Notes: generated from the letters alone by a model not told the origin. 64,000 nt of DNA from the human T2T-CHM13v2.0 reference genome, Homo sapiens (GCF_009914755.1 NC_060929.1); one strand, 5' to 3'; counted from the stretch's first letter, positions 26,315 through 39,805 are shown. Made by a program: numbers and translations.

Positions 26315-27450
26315 TTTAAAAATATTTTTTAAATTTTTTGTTTTTAATTGACAATAATTGTACTTATTTATGAGGTTTAATGTAATGTTTTGATACCTTT
26401 ATACATTGTGGAATGATTAAATCAAGCCAATTAACAGTTCTATCACCACACATACTTATCATTTTTTGTGGTGAAAACATTTGAAGTCTATCTCTTGGTA
26501 ATTTTGAAATACACAGTACATTGTTATTGCCTATAGTCACTATGTTGTGTGATAGATTTCAAAAACTTGAAATATATTTCCTGTCTAATCGAAACTTTGT
26601 ACACTTTGACCAACATGTCACCATTCTCCCCCCATAACCCCCACCACCAATTTCTGGTACCACCATTGTACTATTTGCATGAGTTTCACTTTTTAAAATT
26701 CCACATATAAGTGAGATTACATAGTATTTGTCTTCCTGTGCCTACCTTATTTCTCTTAGCATGATGTCCTCCAAGTGTTATTATAAATGACAGCATTTTC
26801 TTCTTTTTGAAGGTTGAATAGTATTCAGCATATATGTACCACATTTTCTTTACTCTTTTATCCATGAATGAACACTGAGTTTGCTCTGTGTCTTGGCCAT
26901 TGTGAGTAGTGGTGCAATGAACATCTGAGGGGAGAAATCTCTTCAACATACTAATTTTAATTCATGTGAATATATACTCACAAGTGGGATTGCTGGGTCA
27001 TATGATAGTTCTATTTTTATTTTATCCAGGAACCTCCATATAGTTTCCCATAATGACTAAAACAATTTACACTCTCACTAACAGTGTATAAGTATTTCCT
27101 TTTTTCCACAATATTGCCAACACTTACATCTTTTTGACAGTAGCCATTGGAACAGGTGTGAGGTGGTATCTCCTTGTGCTTTTAATTTGCACTTCCCTAA
27201 TGATTAATGATGTTGAGCGGTTTTTTTTTTTCATATAACTCTTGGCTACTTGTATGTCATCTTTTGAGAAATATCTTTTCAGGCCCTTTTAATTAGCTTC
27301 TTTGTTTTTTATTCTTATTGGGTTGTTTGAGCATCATATATTTTGGGTATTGACCCTTTATTGGGTGTATGAATTTCAAATGTTTTCTTCCAATCTACAG
27401 TCTCTTCACTCTGTTTATTGTTTCCTTGTCTGTGCAGAAGTTTTTAGTTG
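26315..27450 (-). mobile_element. L1MA (8/9-like) 3' portion
   Basis: TTTTTAATTGACAATAATTGTAC..GAATGATTAAATCAAGC..TTTTTTGTGGTGAAAACATTTGAA. Degenerate ORF2 C-terminal peptide. Confidence 0.85.
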
Positions 27451-27851
27451 TCTCTCAATTCAGGAACGTATGATATCGCTCCATACAGAAACATGCTCCA
27501 TACAGAGCATGTAGTTCTGTCATTGTTATTCACCCATTCTGCTAATCTCTGCCTTTTAATATTCTTTATCTGATAAGTTTGTTCAAATATTTTGTTTAAT
27601 TTCTGATTTTGTATTATTTATATATATTTTAGGTAGAAGTATATATCAGATACATATATTGCAAAATTTCCTTTAAAACTGGTTTGCCTCTACTTTCCAC
27701 ATTTTCTTAGTGAGATCTTTTATGAGCAGAATATTGTAATGGGGATCAATTTTAATGAATTCATTAAATTTAATTTACATTTGGTATTTTTCATCCTCTC
27801 CAAAAAAACCTTTGCCTAACCTGAAATTGGAAATCATTTATGTTTAGTATC

Positions 27852-30488
27852 TGTATTAGTCCATTTTCAGGTTGCTAATAAAGACATACGCAAAACTGGG
27901 CAATTTACACAAGAAAGAGGTTTAATGGACTTAAAGTTCCACGTGGCTGGGGAGGCCTCACAATCATAGTGGAAGGTGAAAGGCACATCTCACATGGCGG
28001 CAGATAAGAGAAGAGTGACAACCAAATGAAAGGGGTCTCCGCTTATAAAACCATCAGATCTCATGAGACTTATTGACTACCATGAGAACAATATGGGGGA
28101 ACCACCACCATGATTAAATTATCTCACACTGGGTCAATCCCATGACATGAGAATTATGGGAGCTACAATTCGAGATGTGGGTGGGGACACAGCCAAGCCA
28201 TATCATTCTGCCCCTGGCCTCTCCCAAATCTCATGTTCTCACCATTTCAACACCTATCATGACTTCCCAGCAGTCTCCCAAAGTCTTAACTCATTCCAGC
28301 ATTAACTTAAAAATCCACAGTCCAAAGTCTTATTTGTGACAAGGCAAGTCCTTTCCACTTATGAGCCTGTAAAATCAAAAGCAAGTTAGTTACTTCCTAG
28401 ATAAAATGGGGGTACAGGCATTGGGTGAATACAGCCATTCCAGTGGGAGAAACTGGCCAAATCAAAGGGGCTACAAGCCCCATGCAAGTCCCAAATCCAG
28501 CAGGACAGCCAAATCTTAAAGTTCCAAAATAATTTCCCTTGACTCTATGCCTCACATCTGGGTCACACTGATGCAAGAGGTGGGTTCCCATGGTCTTGGG
28601 CAGCTCTGCTCCTGTGGCTTTGCAGGATACAGCCTCTGTCCCACTGCTATCATGGACAGGCATTGAGTGTCTGCAGCTTTTTCAGGCACATGGTAGAAGC
28701 TGTTAGGGGATCTACCATTCTGGGGTCTGGAGGACAGTGGGCCTCTTCTCATAGCTCCACTAGGCAGCACCCCAGTGGGGACTCTGTGTGGGGGTACCCA
28801 CCCCACATTTCCCTCCTGCACTGCCCTAGCAGATGTTCTCCACGAGTGTCCTGCCCCTGCAGCAAACTTATGCCTGGACACCCAGGCATTTCCATACATC
28901 CTCTGAAATGTAGGTGGAGATTCCCAAACCTCAGTTCTTGACTTCTGTGCACCCACAGTCTCAACACCATGTGGAAGCCACCAAGGCTCAGGGCTTTGCC
29001 CCCTCTGAAGTCATGACCTGAGCTGTACCTTGGCCCCTTTTAGTCACAGCTGGACTTCACATAGCAGAGGTACCCTAGGCCCAGCCCAGGAAACCATTTT
29101 TTCCCCCTAGGCCTCTGGACCTGTAATGGGAGGGCCTGGTGCAAGTGTCTCTGACCTACCCTGGAGACATTTTCCCCATTGTCTTGGTGATTAACATTTG
29201 GCTCCTCATTATTTATGCAAATTTCTATAGCTGGCTTGAATTTCTCTTCAGAAAATGGGATTTTCTTTTCTTTTCTAAATAATTTTTATGAATTGTATGT
29301 ATTTATTTTCTTTCTTCTAAAAAAAACGGGATACATGTGTAGAAAGTGCAGGTTTGTTACATAGGTATATGTGTGCTATAGTGGTTTGCTGAACCTATTG
29401 ACCCATTCTCTAAGTTCCCTCCCCTCACCCCCAGCCCCCAACAGGCCCTGGTGTGTGCTGTTTCCCTCTCTGTGTCCATGTGTTCTCAGCATTCAACTCC
29501 CACTTATGAGTGAGAACATGCGCTGTTTGGTTTTCTGTTCCTTCGTTAGTTTGCTGAGGATGATGGCTTCCAGCTTCGTTGATGTCCCTGCAAAATACAT
29601 GATCTTATTCCTTTTTATGGCTGCATGGTATTCCATGGTATATATGTACCACATAGAAAATGGGATTTTCTTTTCTATCACATTGTCAGGCTGCAAATTT
29701 TCTGAACTTTTATGCTCAGTTTTTCCTTTTAAAACTGAATGCCTTTAACAGCATCCACATCACATCTTGAATGCTTTGCTGCTTACAAATTTTTTCCACC
29801 AGATACCCTAAATCATCTCTCTGAAGTTCAAAGTTTCACAGATCTCTAGGGCAGGGGCAAAATGCAACCAGTCCCCACTAAAACATAACAAGAGTCACCT
29901 TTGTTCCTGTTCCCAATAAGTTCCTCATCTTCATCTGAGACCACCTCAGTCTGGATTTCATTGTCCATATCATCAGCATTTTGGTCAAAGCCATTCAACA
30001 AGTCTCTAAGGGTTTCCAAACTTTCCCACATTTTCCTGCCTTCTTCTGAGCCCTCCAAGCTGTTCCAACCTCTGCCTGTGACCTAGTTCCAAAGTCACTT
30101 CCATATTTTCAGTTATCTTTTCAGCAGTACCCCACTATACTGGTACCAATTTATTGTATTAGTTCATTTTCATGCTGCTAATAAAGACATACTCAAGGCT
30201 GGGCAATTTACAAAAGAAAGAGGTTTAATGGACTCACAGTTCTACATGGCTGGGGAGGCCTCACAATCATGGTTGAAGGTGAAAGGTGCATTTCACATGG
30301 CATCAGAGAAGAGTGTGAACCAAGTGAGAAGTGTTTCCCCTTATAAAACCATCAGATCTCGTGAGACTTATTCACTACAATGAGGACAGTATAGGGGAAA
30401 CTGCCCACATGATTTAATTATCTCCCATTGTTTCCTCCCAGAGCATGAAGGAATTATGGGAGCTACAATTCGAGATGAGATTTGGGTG
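27852..30488 (-). mobile_element. Full-length THE1B-like element (LTR 27852-28205, internal region, LTR 30155-30488)
   Basis: Two similar LTRs TGTATTAGT(C/T)CATTTTCA..AATAAAGACATAC flank a THE1-int. ORFs at 28397-28970 are THE1-int-type peptides. The right (5') LTR lacks ~20 terminal bp. Confidence 0.93.
29272..29654 (-). mobile_element. Short L1PA8-like 3' fragment inserted into THE1-int
   Basis: L1 3'UTR (TTCTCTAAGTTCCCTCCCC..). Direct repeat AGAAAATGGGATTTTCTTTTCT at 29250-29271 and 29655-29676. Confidence 0.92.
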
Positions 30489-31668
30489 TCTCATTAGACA
30501 TTTCTCCTAATGCTATCCCTCCCCTAGCCACCCACCCCCTGACAGGCCCCAGTGTGTGATGTTTCCACGTGTCCTCGTTGTTCAACTCCCACTTATGAGT
30601 GAGAACATGTGCTGTTTGGTTTTCTGTTCCTATGTTAGTTTGCTGAGAATGATGTTTTCCAGCTTCATCCATGTCCCTGCAAAGCACATGAGCTCATCCT
30701 TTTTTATGGCTGCATATATTCTATAGTGCGTATTTGCCACATTTTCTTTATCCAGTCTATCACTGATAGGCACTTGGGTTGGTTCCAAGTCTTTACTATT
30801 GTGAAGAGTGCTGCAATAAACATACATGTGCATGTGTCTTTATAGTAGAATGATTTATCATCCTTTGGGTATATACATAGTAATGGGATTGCTGGGTCAA
30901 ATGGTATTTCTGGTTCTAGATCCTTGAGGAATCGCCACACTGTCTTCCACAATGGTTGAACTAATTTACACTCCCACCAACAGTGTAAAATCGTTCTTAT
31001 TTCTCCACATCCTCTCCAGCATCTGTTGTTTCCTGACTTTTTACTGATCATCATTCTAACTGGCTTGAGATGGTATCTCATTGTGGTTTTGATTTGCATA
31101 TCCCTAATGACCAGTGATGATGAGCTTTTTTTCATATTTTTTTTACTGCAAAAATGTCTTCTTTTGAGAAGCGTCTGTTCATATCCTTTGCTCACTTTTT
31201 GATGGGGTTGGTTTTTTTTTTCTTGTAAATTTGTTTAAGTTCTTTGTAGATTCTGGATATTAGCCCTTTGTCAGATGGATAGATTGCAAAACTTTTCTCC
31301 CATTCTGTAGGTTGCCTGTTTGCTCTGATGATAGTTTCTTTTGCTGTGCAGAAGCTCTTTAGTTTAATTAGATCCCATTTATCAATTTTGGCTTTTGTTG
31401 ACATTGCTTTTGGTGTTTTAACATCTACAATCATCTGATCTTTGAAAAACTTGACAAAGACAAGCAATGGGGAAAGGATTCCCTATTTAACAAATGGTGT
31501 TGGGAAAACTGGCTAGCCATATGCAGAAAACTGAAACTGGACCCTTTTCTTACATCTTAGACAAAAATTAACTCAAGATGGATTAAAGCCTTAAATGTAA
31601 GAGCTAAAACCATAAAAATCCTAGAAGAAAACCTAGGCAATACCATTCAGGACAAAAGCATGGGCAAA
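30489..31668 (-). mobile_element. L1PA7-like element with 5' inversion (minus 30489-31420; inverted plus-strand block 31421-31668)
   Basis: ORF2 C-terminal peptides ([40 protein letters not shown]) on minus, then adjacent upstream ORF2 sequence on plus. Confidence 0.92.
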
Positions 31669-32353
31669 TTTTATAGTATATTTTAAAAAATCAAACACCA
31701 TGATGAAGTAGGACTTATCCCTGTGATATATAGATAGTTCAATGTGTGCATATTAAACAGTGCAATACACTAGATTAACAGAATGAAGGATAAAAAGTCC
31801 CATAATCATGTGATCTCAAATCATTTTGACAAAATTCAACACTCTTTTATAGTAAAAAAAAATTCCAACAAATTAGGAATAGAAGAAACTTTCTTCAATG
31901 CAATAAAGGGAAAATAGGAAAAGCAAGAAGCTAACATCATCATCCTCAGTGATTAGAAACTGAAAGCTTTTTTCTCTGCAATCCTGGAATAAGGAAAGGA
32001 TGCCACCTCTTACCACTTCTATTCAACATATTTCTGTAAAGTATTACCAGAGCAATTATCCAAGAGAAAGAAAATGCATTCAACTCTGAAAGGAAGAAGT
32101 AAAATTATCTCTCTTTTCAGATGTCATAATTTTATATGTAGAAAACCATAATGTGTACACATACACACACACAACTGTTAGAACTAATAAACAAATTCAG
32201 TAAGGTTGCATAATACATAATTGACAAGCAAAAACCTATTGTATTTCTGTGCACTAACAATAAAATATCCTAATAGCAAATTAAGAAAACAATCACATTT
32301 GCAATAGCATCCAAAAGAATAAAAGACTTGGAAATAAACTTAACCAGAAATGT

Positions 32354-32721
32354 TGTCTTAGTCTGTTTTGTGCTGCTGTAACAGAATACCACAGACCGGG
32401 TAATTTATGACAAAGAGAAATTTATTGGCTTACAGCTCTGAAAACTGGGAATCCCAAGATTAAGGTACCAGCATCTCATGAGGGTCTTCTGCTCTGCCAT
32501 CCAAGGCAAAAGGCATCAGATATTAGAAGGGCAGAGAGTAAAGGGGGACCAAGTTGGGGCTGAATTCACCCTTTTATAATAACATCAATTTTGCCCATGA
32601 GGGCAGAGCCCTTATAGCCAAATCACTTTTTAATGTTTTCACTATTTAATACTGATACAATGCCAATTAAGTTTTAATTGAGTTTTTAATGAGTTTTATG
32701 ACCAAGATTCAAATCATAGCA
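32354..32721 (-). mobile_element. MSTC/MSTD-like solo LTR
   Basis: TGTCTTAGTCTGTTTTGTGCTGCTGTAACAGAATACC..ATTCAAATCATAGCA. TSD AATGT at 32349-32353 and 32722-32726. Confidence 0.85.
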
Positions 32722-34173
32722 AATGTGAAAGATTTGTGCATTGGAAACTAAAATAATGATGAAAGAAATAAAGCCAGCATAAATAAATGGAAAGATATCA
32801 CATATTCACAGATTGGAAGAATTAATATTGTTTAAAAGCCCATACTAGCCAAGGTAATCTACAGACTTATTGTAATTTCTGTCAAAATCTCAATGGCACA
32901 TTTTAATAGAAATAGAAATTAAAAAGTTTAAAATTTATATAAAACCACAAAAGATTCAAATACCCAAAATGATTTTGAGCAAGAAAAGTCAACACATTTT
33001 CAAATTTCAAAGCAACAGTAATCAAAACACTATGGTAGTGGCATGAAAAAAGAAATGTAGGCCAATGGAACAGAATAGGGAGCCCAGGAATAAATAACAC
33101 ATTCATAGTCAACTGATCTTCGACAAGGATGTTAAGAACACACAATGGAAAAAAATGGTTTCTTTAATAAATGTTGCTGTAAAACCTGGATGTCCACATG
33201 CAAAAGAATGAAATTGTACCCTTATCTTACACCATACATAAAAATTAACTCCAAATGAATTAAAGACTTAAATGTAAGAACTGAAAACGTATAACTCTTA
33301 GAAAACATGGGGAAAATCTTCTGGACATTAGCCTTGCCAATAATTTATTGGATATGACAAGAAAAGCACAGGAAACACAAGCAAAAATAGAAAAGTAGAA
33401 TTCTACCAAATAAAAATTCTTCTGTATATTAAAGGAAACAACCAAATATAAAATTAGCCTACAGAAAAAGAAAAATTATTTGCTAATCATGAGTCTGATA
33501 AGGGGTTAACTTCCAAAATACGTAACGAATTTCTAAGACTCAACAGCAATCAATCAATAAATAACCATATTTAAAATATGGAAAAGAAACTGAATAGGCA
33601 CTTCCCCAAAGAAGACATGCAAATGAACAGCAGGTATATGAAAAGGTGCTCAACATTACCAATCATCAGAGAAATACAAATTGAAACCACAATGAGCTAT
33701 CACCTCACAGCCATGAAAATGGCTATTATCAAAACAAAAGAAAAACACAAGTATTAGGAAGGATGTGGAAAAAAAAGCCTGGTAGACTGTTGGTAAAATG
33801 TAAATTGGTGCAGCCACTATGAAGAAGAATAGGGAGATTCTCCAAAAATTTAAAGAGAGCTAACATATGAGGCAGCAATCTCTCTTCTCTGTATATATGC
33901 AAAAGTATTGAAATCGGTCTGTTGAAGACAGATCTGCATTTCCATGTTCATTGCAGCATTGTTTATTCACAATTTCCAACATATAGAAACAACCATAATG
34001 TCCATTGATAGATGAATGGATAAAAGAAATGTGTCATATACATACAATGGAATATTGTTTAATGTTAAGAAGAAAGAAATCCTGCCACTTGTGTCAACAT
34101 GGATGAACCTGGAAGACCTTATGCTAAGGGAAATAAACCAGTCACAGAAGGACACATACCACATGATACCACT

Positions 34174-36614
34174 TTATATGATTTGGGTGTGTCCCCACCC
34201 AAATTTCATCTTGAATTGTAGTTTTCATAATTCTCATGTGTGATGGGAAGGACCAGCGGGAAGTAATTGAATCATGGAAGCAGTTTTCCCCATGCTATTC
34301 TCATGATAGTGAGTAAGTTCTCAGGAGATCTGAAGATTTTATAAAGGGCTTCCTCCTTCACTTGGCTCTCATTCTTCTCCTTCCTGCCATCAAATGAAGA
34401 ATGAGGTGTTTTCTTCCCCTTCCATCATAATTGTCAGTTTTCTGAGGCTTTTCCCACCTGCATAACTATGAGTCAATTAAACCTCTTTCCTTTGTAAATC
34501 ACCCAGTCTCAGGCAGTTCTGTATATCAGCCTGATAATGAATTAATATAGTATAGTAAGTTGGTACCAGGCAGTAGGATGCTACTGTAAAGATACCCAAA
34601 AATGTGGAAGTAACTTTGGAATTGGGTAATAGGCAGAGGTTAGAATAGTTTATAGGGCTCAGAAGAAGACAGAAAGATGTGGGAAAGTTTGGAACTTCCT
34701 AGAGACTTGTTGAATGGCTTTGACCAAAATGCTGACAGTGATATTAAGTCCAGGCTGAGGTGGTCTCAGAGGGAGATGAGGAACTTTTTGGGAAATGGAA
34801 TAAGGGTGACTCTTGCTATGTTTTAGCAAGGAGACTGGTTGCATTTTGCCCCTGCCCTAGAGATCTGTGGAACTTTGAACTTGAGACAGATGATTTAGGG
34901 TATCTGGCAAAGGAAATTTCCAAGCAGTAAAGCATTCAAGAGATGACTTGGGTGCTGTTAAGGGGATCAGTTTTCTCTATTCAAACAGATATGGTTTGGA
35001 ATTGGAACATATGTTTAAAAGAGAAGCACAGCATAAAAGTTCAAAAAATTTGCAGCCCGACAATGCTATAGAAAAGAAAAACCCATTTTCTGAGAAGAAA
35101 TTCAAGCCAGCTGAAGAAATTTGCATGAGTAATGAGGAGCCAAAGTGAATCACCAAGACAAGGAGGAAAATGTCTCCAGGGCATGTCAGAGGTGTTCGTG
35201 GCAACCTCTTCTATCACAGGCTCAAAGGTCTAGGAGGAAAAAGATAGTTTCATGGGCTAGGCCCTGGACATTGCTGCTTTGTGCGGTCTCAGGACTTGGT
35301 GCCCTGCACCCCAGCCATGGCTAAAAGGGGCCTACATAGAGCTCAAGTCATTGCTTCAGAGGGTGCAAGCCCCAAGCCTTGGTGGCTTAAATATGATGTT
35401 GGGACTCTGGATGTGCAGAAGTCAAGAACTGAGGTTTGGGAACCTCCACTAAGATTTCAGATGATATATGAAAATGCCTGGATGTCCAGGCAGAAATTTG
35501 CTGCAGGGGCAGAACCCTCATGGAAAACCTCTGCTAGGGCAGTGCAGAAGTTAAACGTGGGGTTGGAGCCTGCACACAGACACACAGAGTCCCCACTGGG
35601 GCACTGCCTACTAGAGCTGTGAGAAGAGGATCACTGTCCTCCAGCCCCCAGAATGGTAGAACCACTGACAGCTTGCAATATGTGCCTGAAAAAGCTACAG
35701 ACACTCAATGCCAGCTTGTGAAAGAAGCTGACAGGGGGGATGTACCCTGCATAGCTGCAGGAGCAGAGTTGCACAAAGTCATGGGAAACCACCTCTTGCA
35801 TCAGCATGTCTTCACTTTTATTTCAAGCCTCATCTTCCTGAAACTTCTCTGGCAATTCTTTCCAAAACTGAATTTCTCCATCAAAGACGTGGAGTCAAAA
35901 GAAATCATTTGGGAACTTTAAGGTTTAATGACTGCCCTATTGGATTTTGGACTTGTATGGGGCCTATGGCCCCTTTGTTTTGGGCAATTTCTCCCATTTG
36001 GAGAGGGGGTATTTACCCAATGCCTGTACTTTCATTGTATCTAGGAAGTAACTAACTTGCGTTTGATTTTACAGGCTCATAGTTGGAAGGGATTTGCCTT
36101 GTCACAGATGAGACTTTGGACTTGGACTTTTGGGTTAATGCTGAAATCAGCTAAGACTCTGGGGGGACTGCTGGAAATGCATGACTGTGCTCTAAAATGT
36201 GAGGATATGAGATCTGAGAGGGGCCTGGAATAGAATGGTATGGTTTGGTGGTGTCCCCACTCAAATCTCATCTTGAATTGTAGTTCCCATAATCCCCATG
36301 TGTGATAGCGGGGACCCTGTGGGAGATAATTGAATCATGAGGGCAGTTTCCTCCATGCTATTCTCACGATAGTGAGTACGTTCTCAGGAGACCTGATGGT
36401 TTTAAATAATGGGCTTCCCCTTTTACTCAGCTCTCATTCTTCTCTTTCTTGCCATCATGTGAAGAAAGATGTGCTTGTTTCCCCTTCCACCATGATTGTA
36501 AGTTTCCTGAGGCCTCCCCAGCCTGTGGAACTGTGAGTCAATTAAACTTTTTTTCTTTGTAGATTACTCAGTCTTGGGCAGTTCTTTACAGCAGCGTGTG
36601 AATGGACTAACACA
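34174..36614 (+). mobile_element. Full-length THE1D-like element (LTR 34174-34549, internal region, LTR 36236-36614)
   Basis: Paired LTRs GTGTCCCCAC..GAGTCAATTAAAC..GCAGTTCT around a THE1-int. TSD CCACT / CCAGT. Confidence 0.92.
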
Positions 36615-37129
36615 CCAGTTACATAAAGAATTGAAAATAGTCAAACTCCTAGAAGCAGAGAGTGGAATGGTGATTACCAGGGGCTTAGGGAAGCAGGAAA
36701 CCAGGAGGTACACAGCTTCTGCTATGCAAGACGAGTAAGTCCTAAAGAGCTATTATACAGCATAGTGCCTAAAGTTAACAATACTGTATTATATACTTAA
36801 AATTTTCCTTTGGTTGCAGATATCATGTTAAGTAATCTTATCCAAAAATAATTATTAGAAACAAATAGAGAATGGGAAATCTTCTGAAGGTGATGGATAG
36901 ATTTATGACATAGATCTTGCTGAGTTTCTTGGGTGTAGACTTATCTCCAGACTCATGAAGTTATGTACATTATATTTCTACAGTCATTTGTATGTTAGTC
37001 ATACATCAATGAAATGGTTTAAAAAGACTTTCATTTCTCCAAGAAAATGCCTTGGCACCTTTTTCAAAAATTATGTGATCTTCATATATGGACCTATTTT
37101 AGGGTTGACTTTTTTCTTTCCTTTCAGCA

Positions 37130-39130
37130 CTTTCAGCATATTTACTATGTTGTTTTATTGTTTTCTATCCATCATTGCTTCTTATGTGAATCAGGTGTCA
37201 TTTATATTATTACTCTCTTACTCTTTATTTAATAGGTCTTTTCCTCTGTCTGCTTGTTTTTCATTGTTTAATTATTTTATTTTATGTTTTTATTTTTGTG
37301 GGTACATAATTGGTGTATATATTCATAGGGTACATGAGGTAATAACTAAGACTTCCATCTGCTTTTAAGATTTATTTTTATATTTTACTCTCAGCAGTTT
37401 GACTATGATGTGTGTAGCTCTCTTTTTTAAAATTTATTCTTCAAGGCATTTTCCTTCATGTGAATCTATAAGGGGACGTTTTTGAAACGATTTTGGAGTT
37501 TTATCATCATTTCTCAACTAATGTTTTCTACTCCATTCTCTATCTCCTTGATTTTGGAATTCACATTCAATCTATGTTTGTCTGCTTGACATTGTCCCAT
37601 GAGTCAGTGAGGCTCTAGTCAGTTTTTTTCTCTTGGTTCTTCAGCATGGATAGCTTTTATTGACCTCTTTTTAAATTTATCAGTTCTTTCTACTGCCGTA
37701 TCTAATTCACTGTTAAGCCCATTCATTTTATTTTTCAATTCGAATGCTGTAATTTTTAGTTCTAGAATTGCCATTTAATTATTTGTCATAGTTTTTATGT
37801 CTCTGGAGATCTTTTCCGTCAGTTTATACATTATAATCTTTTCCTTAAAGTTCTTGAATATATTTAATATGCTGTTTCAAATTTTTTGTCACAATTTTTG
37901 CTTATCTTTGAATCTGTTTCTCTTAAATGCTTTTTCCTCCCTTTTAATGGGTCATGTTTTCCTGCTTCTTTGCACATACAGTAAATGATAAAACTTTGCA
38001 TGTTTGTTCCATCCAAATTTCATGTTAAAATATCATCCCTGATGTTGGAGGTGGGGCCTTGTGGCAGGTGTTTGGGTCATGGGGCAAATCCCTCATGAAT
38101 GGTTTGGCATGCTGTCCTTGCGATAGTGAGTGAGTTCTTGTGAGATATGGTTGTTTAAAAGTGTATAGCACCTCCCCCTTCACTCTCTTGCTCCCACTCT
38201 TACTATGTGACAGGCCAACTTCCCCTTTGCCTTCTGCTATGATTGCAAACTTCTTGAGGCTCTCACCAGAAGCAGATGCTGAAGCCAAGCTTGTACAGCC
38301 TGCAGAACCATGAGCCAATTAAACCTCTTTTCTCTATAAATTACTCAGTCTCAGGTATTTCATAGCAATGCAAAAAAATGGCCTAACACAGTAAATTTTA
38401 TTATTTGTTGAATGTTATGAATGGTATCGTGTCTTAGTTTGTCTTCTTTTTAAAGATGTTAAATATTTTTATGAGAGATAACCAAATTACTTGACAGGTA
38501 GATCCTGTCAAGCTGTTTTCTTTTGTTACAATGTATCTATTTTACTTTTCAATTAAATCCTAGGATGTTGACTTTATAGTAAAATGTGAGTCTTCTGTAT
38601 GAGACGTATCATTTACTGGGATCTTAAGTGAATGCTCAAGGTGTGTAGTGAGGTTTCTCCACCGTTGTTATGTCAGAACACCAACATCCATGAGTCCTAC
38701 AGGACCTCTTGTATCTCTGTTCAGCTGCCAACTCTGTAGCAAGTCCTCTCTGCAAGGCCTCAAGGAGTCCTTTGTGGATGCATGTCCAGCCCTGTACAAG
38801 GATTCAAAGTGAGTCCCATTGCCACTTCTGCAGCCACTCCTCTGTACATCTGCTTCACTTCCTGATTGCCAGCCACTTCAGCAGGTTAAAACTCCAATCT
38901 CTGACCTTTTAATTCAACAACTGTGCTACTCTGTTTGGGTTTCACCTCCTTGTGTCTCGGCAGACAGGATGGCAGTGCTATCTTCAGGCTCTATGTTTAG
39001 ATTTTCCTCGCAACTTGTATCTTGGTTTTCTGTTGCTTAATGTCCAAAAACAGTTGACTCATCAATTCTGTCCAGTTTTATGCTTGTTCTCCACTGGAAG
39101 GAGAGTCTTGCGACTCACTGTCATAACCAG
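37130..39130 (-). mobile_element. Old L1M (L1ME-like) 5'/ORF1-region relic, split by an MST LTR
   Basis: T-rich motifs such as CAGCAGTTTGACTATGATGTG and CTGTTAAGCCCA are typical of antisense L1M ORF1. Small L1MA tail at ~37270-37342. Confidence 0.55.
37986..38390 (+). mobile_element. MSTA/MSTB solo LTR
   Basis: TGATA..TGTTGGAGGTGGGGCC..CAGAAGCAGATGC..GGCCTAACACA. Exact TSD GTAAA at 37981-37985 and 38391-38395. Confidence 0.92.
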
Positions 39131-39139
39131 AAACCAAAG

Positions 39140-39805
39140 TATCATCTCCTCTTATTTGGATTACTGCAACATCCTTCTACCTATCTTCCTGCTTCCACTC
39201 TTGCCTACTCCCCCATCATCACAGTCTAGTCTCAGCCTATCAGTCAGAGTCATCCTCGCTAAACAGTTAGAGCATGCTCCTCTATTACTAAAAACTATCC
39301 ATGGCTTTCTGGGGGAAAAAAAATGCTTTCAATGACCTGTCTGCTCTTCCCTCAGTCCTGACCATGACTGGGTCTCTAACCGTGAATTGTCATCATTTCC
39401 ATTTGTGCTACACCGGTATCCTCCCTCTTGTAGATGTCCCAGCCATGCATTAGAGCTGTGCACCCACTGCTCTTGGTCCACAGCCTGCTTCCAGTCACCT
39501 GATTGCTCTCTGCCTCATTGTCTTCGCTTTTATTTCAAGCCTCATCTTCCTGAAACTTTTCTGGCAACTCTTTCCAAAATTGAATTTCTCCATCAAACTA
39601 CATGAACTTTTCTCTCTACTTCTGTATGTCTTTTCCTCGGTGAAACCTGTCAATAACTACAACATAGCCTCTTGTGAATATTGACCTTGTCTGTTATTTG
39701 TTTTACACGTTTAGGCATAAACATTTTGTGTTTTGTTCACTTTTGTAACCCCTTCACCTAGAACAGTACTTGACTCTGAGTAGACTTGGTATTCCTTGAA
39801 ACAAT
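39140..39805 (+). mobile_element. L2 3' region
   Basis: TGGATTACTGCAACATCCTTCT..CCCCTTCACCTAGAACAGTACTTGAC..GTAG follow L2 order. Confidence 0.7.

Larger units (their letters stand above)
31680..37025 (+). mobile_element. L1MA10/L1MB1-like ORF2 and 3'UTR, split by an MST LTR and THE1D
   Basis: RT-region DNA (GACAAAATTCAACA, GGAAGAAGTAAAATTATCTCT). Peptide KKKEILPLVSTWMNLEDLMLREINQSQKD. Resumes at 36615 with AAATAGTCAAACTCCTAGAAGCAGAGAG. Confidence 0.85.
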
